A DNA stretch of 64,000 bases from Mytilus californianus (taxonomy: Eukaryota): positions 18,786,001-18,850,000 of the forward strand of contig NW_026262701.1 of the NCBI RefSeq assembly GCF_021869535.1, read 5' to 3'. The translations under genes were made by a program, and so were the position numbers. Position 1 is the stretch's first letter, and each line of letters begins with the position of its first letter. This document shows, piece by piece, positions 62,068 to 64,000 of the stretch. Under the pieces are notes generated by a model. That model searched no databases and was not told the origin of the DNA. It saw nothing but the letters and a program-made list of their open reading frames with translations.

Positions 62068-64000
62068 AGTAAGTAGGTGGTATAATAAACTAACCTTTTT
62101 CCGTGTCTTTTCGAGTTATCAGTATTGAATGTCCCCATGGTATTTTCCGCCTCTTTTTCTTTCTTTTCATCTTTAGAAAAGAGAGGTGAAAGATACCAAA
62201 TCGATATTCAAACTCATATATGGAAATCAAACTGGCAAAGTCATGGCAAAAATATGAAAAACGACAAAAAGACAAACAAATATATATCGTTTGATCACTT
62301 TTCTGAGCTGACAGACACATACTTCCTGTATAATGCTACTTTTGAATTTTCAAAATGTTGACTGAACTTAAAATTTGTCGTCACACTTTTCTCAAATACA
62401 TCTTAACAGAAAAACCTTATATTTAGTCAACACCTTGGCTATGATGTGTTGTAATGAGTGAGTTCTTTATGGATACTTCCAAGATGTCGATACTTTGAAT
62501 TAAAACTAAGGGTAAGCTTATATATATAATTAGCACAATAACACGTGCAATTTCTTGATTGTCTTGATGTTTGACCTGTGTTCTTGTTCTGTTTCTGATA
62601 ACAAATATTATATAAAGTATTACTGCCTCAATATAGGAAGGTTTTCAATTATAGAGATTTACTATGAAGACCTTACATTTTTCATATATGACAAAACATT
62701 GTATAAAGAATTCTCATAGTTTGTAATGAAAGAAAAAGATGCTATGTAAATTTAGTGATATATATCAACTTTGTACTTGAAATAAAAGCATTAATAGAAC
62801 TCATGTTTATTTATGTTCAAGTGTGCGAAAAACTGCTTCGATGAGGGATATTTATTCGAAACACGAGGAAATGAGGCGTTTCAGTAAGATGCATGTAGAG
62901 TGACTAATGCACACGTAAGTTAAAATTGTCAAACACATTCCAATACTGTTTTATTAGATATAATTGTTAAGTACAAAATTATGTTTTTCTAGTTATGACC
63001 TTTTAATAAATAAAGGTGATACTCATGTAGATAAGAATTTTGCACCAACTTTTAAAAAATTGATAATAAATTACCATGATATGTTTAATTATTTTGACTA
63101 GTATTGTAAAAATAATTGTCAATTTTTTTATCTCGTTCCATATAATTGTATGAATTTCAAAATTATATATACGTCAAAAAAATACGTCACTTTTTGTGGC
63201 GTTGATCCGTTAATGTGACGCAGTTTGTGGCTCCTGTGCTGTCGTTAATTCATGGCAGATGTCTGGTGTTATTCTGCGGTTTACATTTTGTAATGTACTA
63301 TTATATAATTTATTTATGCATTTCTCTGTGCTGAGTGTTCTTGCGTTTGTTTGTACTGTATTCCTGTCACGTAGTGTTATCATTTTAGAGATATTTTTTA
63401 TCATTGCCATATAAGCGGGAGGTTTGGCAAGCCATATAACCATGTTCAACCCACCATTTGTTCTTAAAATGTCCTGTACCAAGTCAGGAGTATGGCAGTT
63501 GTTATCAAAAAGTCCGTTTCTATCTATGTTGGCGTTTTTTGTTGTTGCAGTTCAGTGTTTCTGTTGTTCCGTTTTTTCTCTTATATTTGATGTGTTTCCC
63601 TCGGTTGTAGTTTGTAACCCGGATTTGTGTTCTCTTAATCGATTTATGACTTTTGAACAGCAGTATACTACTGTTGCCGTTATCAAATTGTTTGTTACTT
63701 TGTCGGTGACAGCTATTGCTTTAAAATAATTTCTCTACATGTCTATTCAGAACATACATCTACTAAATTTAAGTTTCATTAAATTCTATTTGCATTTTGA
63801 TTATAAGTCTTGGATACTCGGCTACGGGTTTCAATGATCAACCCAACAGGAGGAAAAGGAATATTCCATACTTGAGAGTAATTCAAAACTGTTTTACTAA
63901 TAGACGTCAATTTCCAACTCCTGTGTTCGGAATGACTGTTGCTGTTGCCTATAGCAAGACATGAATTTCTACATATCGGGTTTAATCTATCGTGTCTTAA

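Noticed and set aside
751-63729. Most 60-130 aa ORFs in the supplied track
   Set aside because: They fall in repeat families, gaps or AT-rich random frames and recur as near-identical peptides wherever the repeats recur.
63797-63964. RRQFP...FGMTV resembling Helitron/PIF1 helicase motif RRQFPxRxxFAMTI
   Set aside because: Spacing is off by one and the following KSQG motif is absent; a BLASTx hit to a Helitron helicase would reinstate it.

Overview
AT-rich eukaryotic scaffold with two N-gaps. The repeat content points to a bivalve mollusc, probably mussel-like (inference). Only two host coding features are recognisable. One is an intact single-exon class-A GPCR of the FMRFamide-receptor-like/orphan peptide-receptor type (28047-29144, +). 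The other is one fibrinogen-domain (FReD) exon (40336-40463, +) whose downstream exons I could not find. Most of the rest is mobile DNA: at least seven decayed Penelope-like (PLE) reverse-transcriptase relics and their abundant 3'-end fragments, an L1/Tx1-type LINE relic, SINEs, Kolobok- and Mutator-type MITEs, a 46-bp satellite with an 11-mer higher-order repeat, and four type-I hammerhead-ribozyme motifs from two retrozyme-like families. Four structures are least explained: (i) a 2.1-kb unit of two near-identical 448-bp TIR elements with swapped target-site duplications (59936-62067); (ii) a 539-nt-period hammerhead element lying between TA repeats (42985-43709); (iii) a 4.7-kb segment bounded by 25-bp inverted repeats with unidentified decayed coding (21623-26331); (iv) a diverged segmental duplication (~36.9-38.1 kb vs ~59.4-62.6 kb) that supplies empty-site controls. 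All alignments and translations were done by eye; no searches were run.
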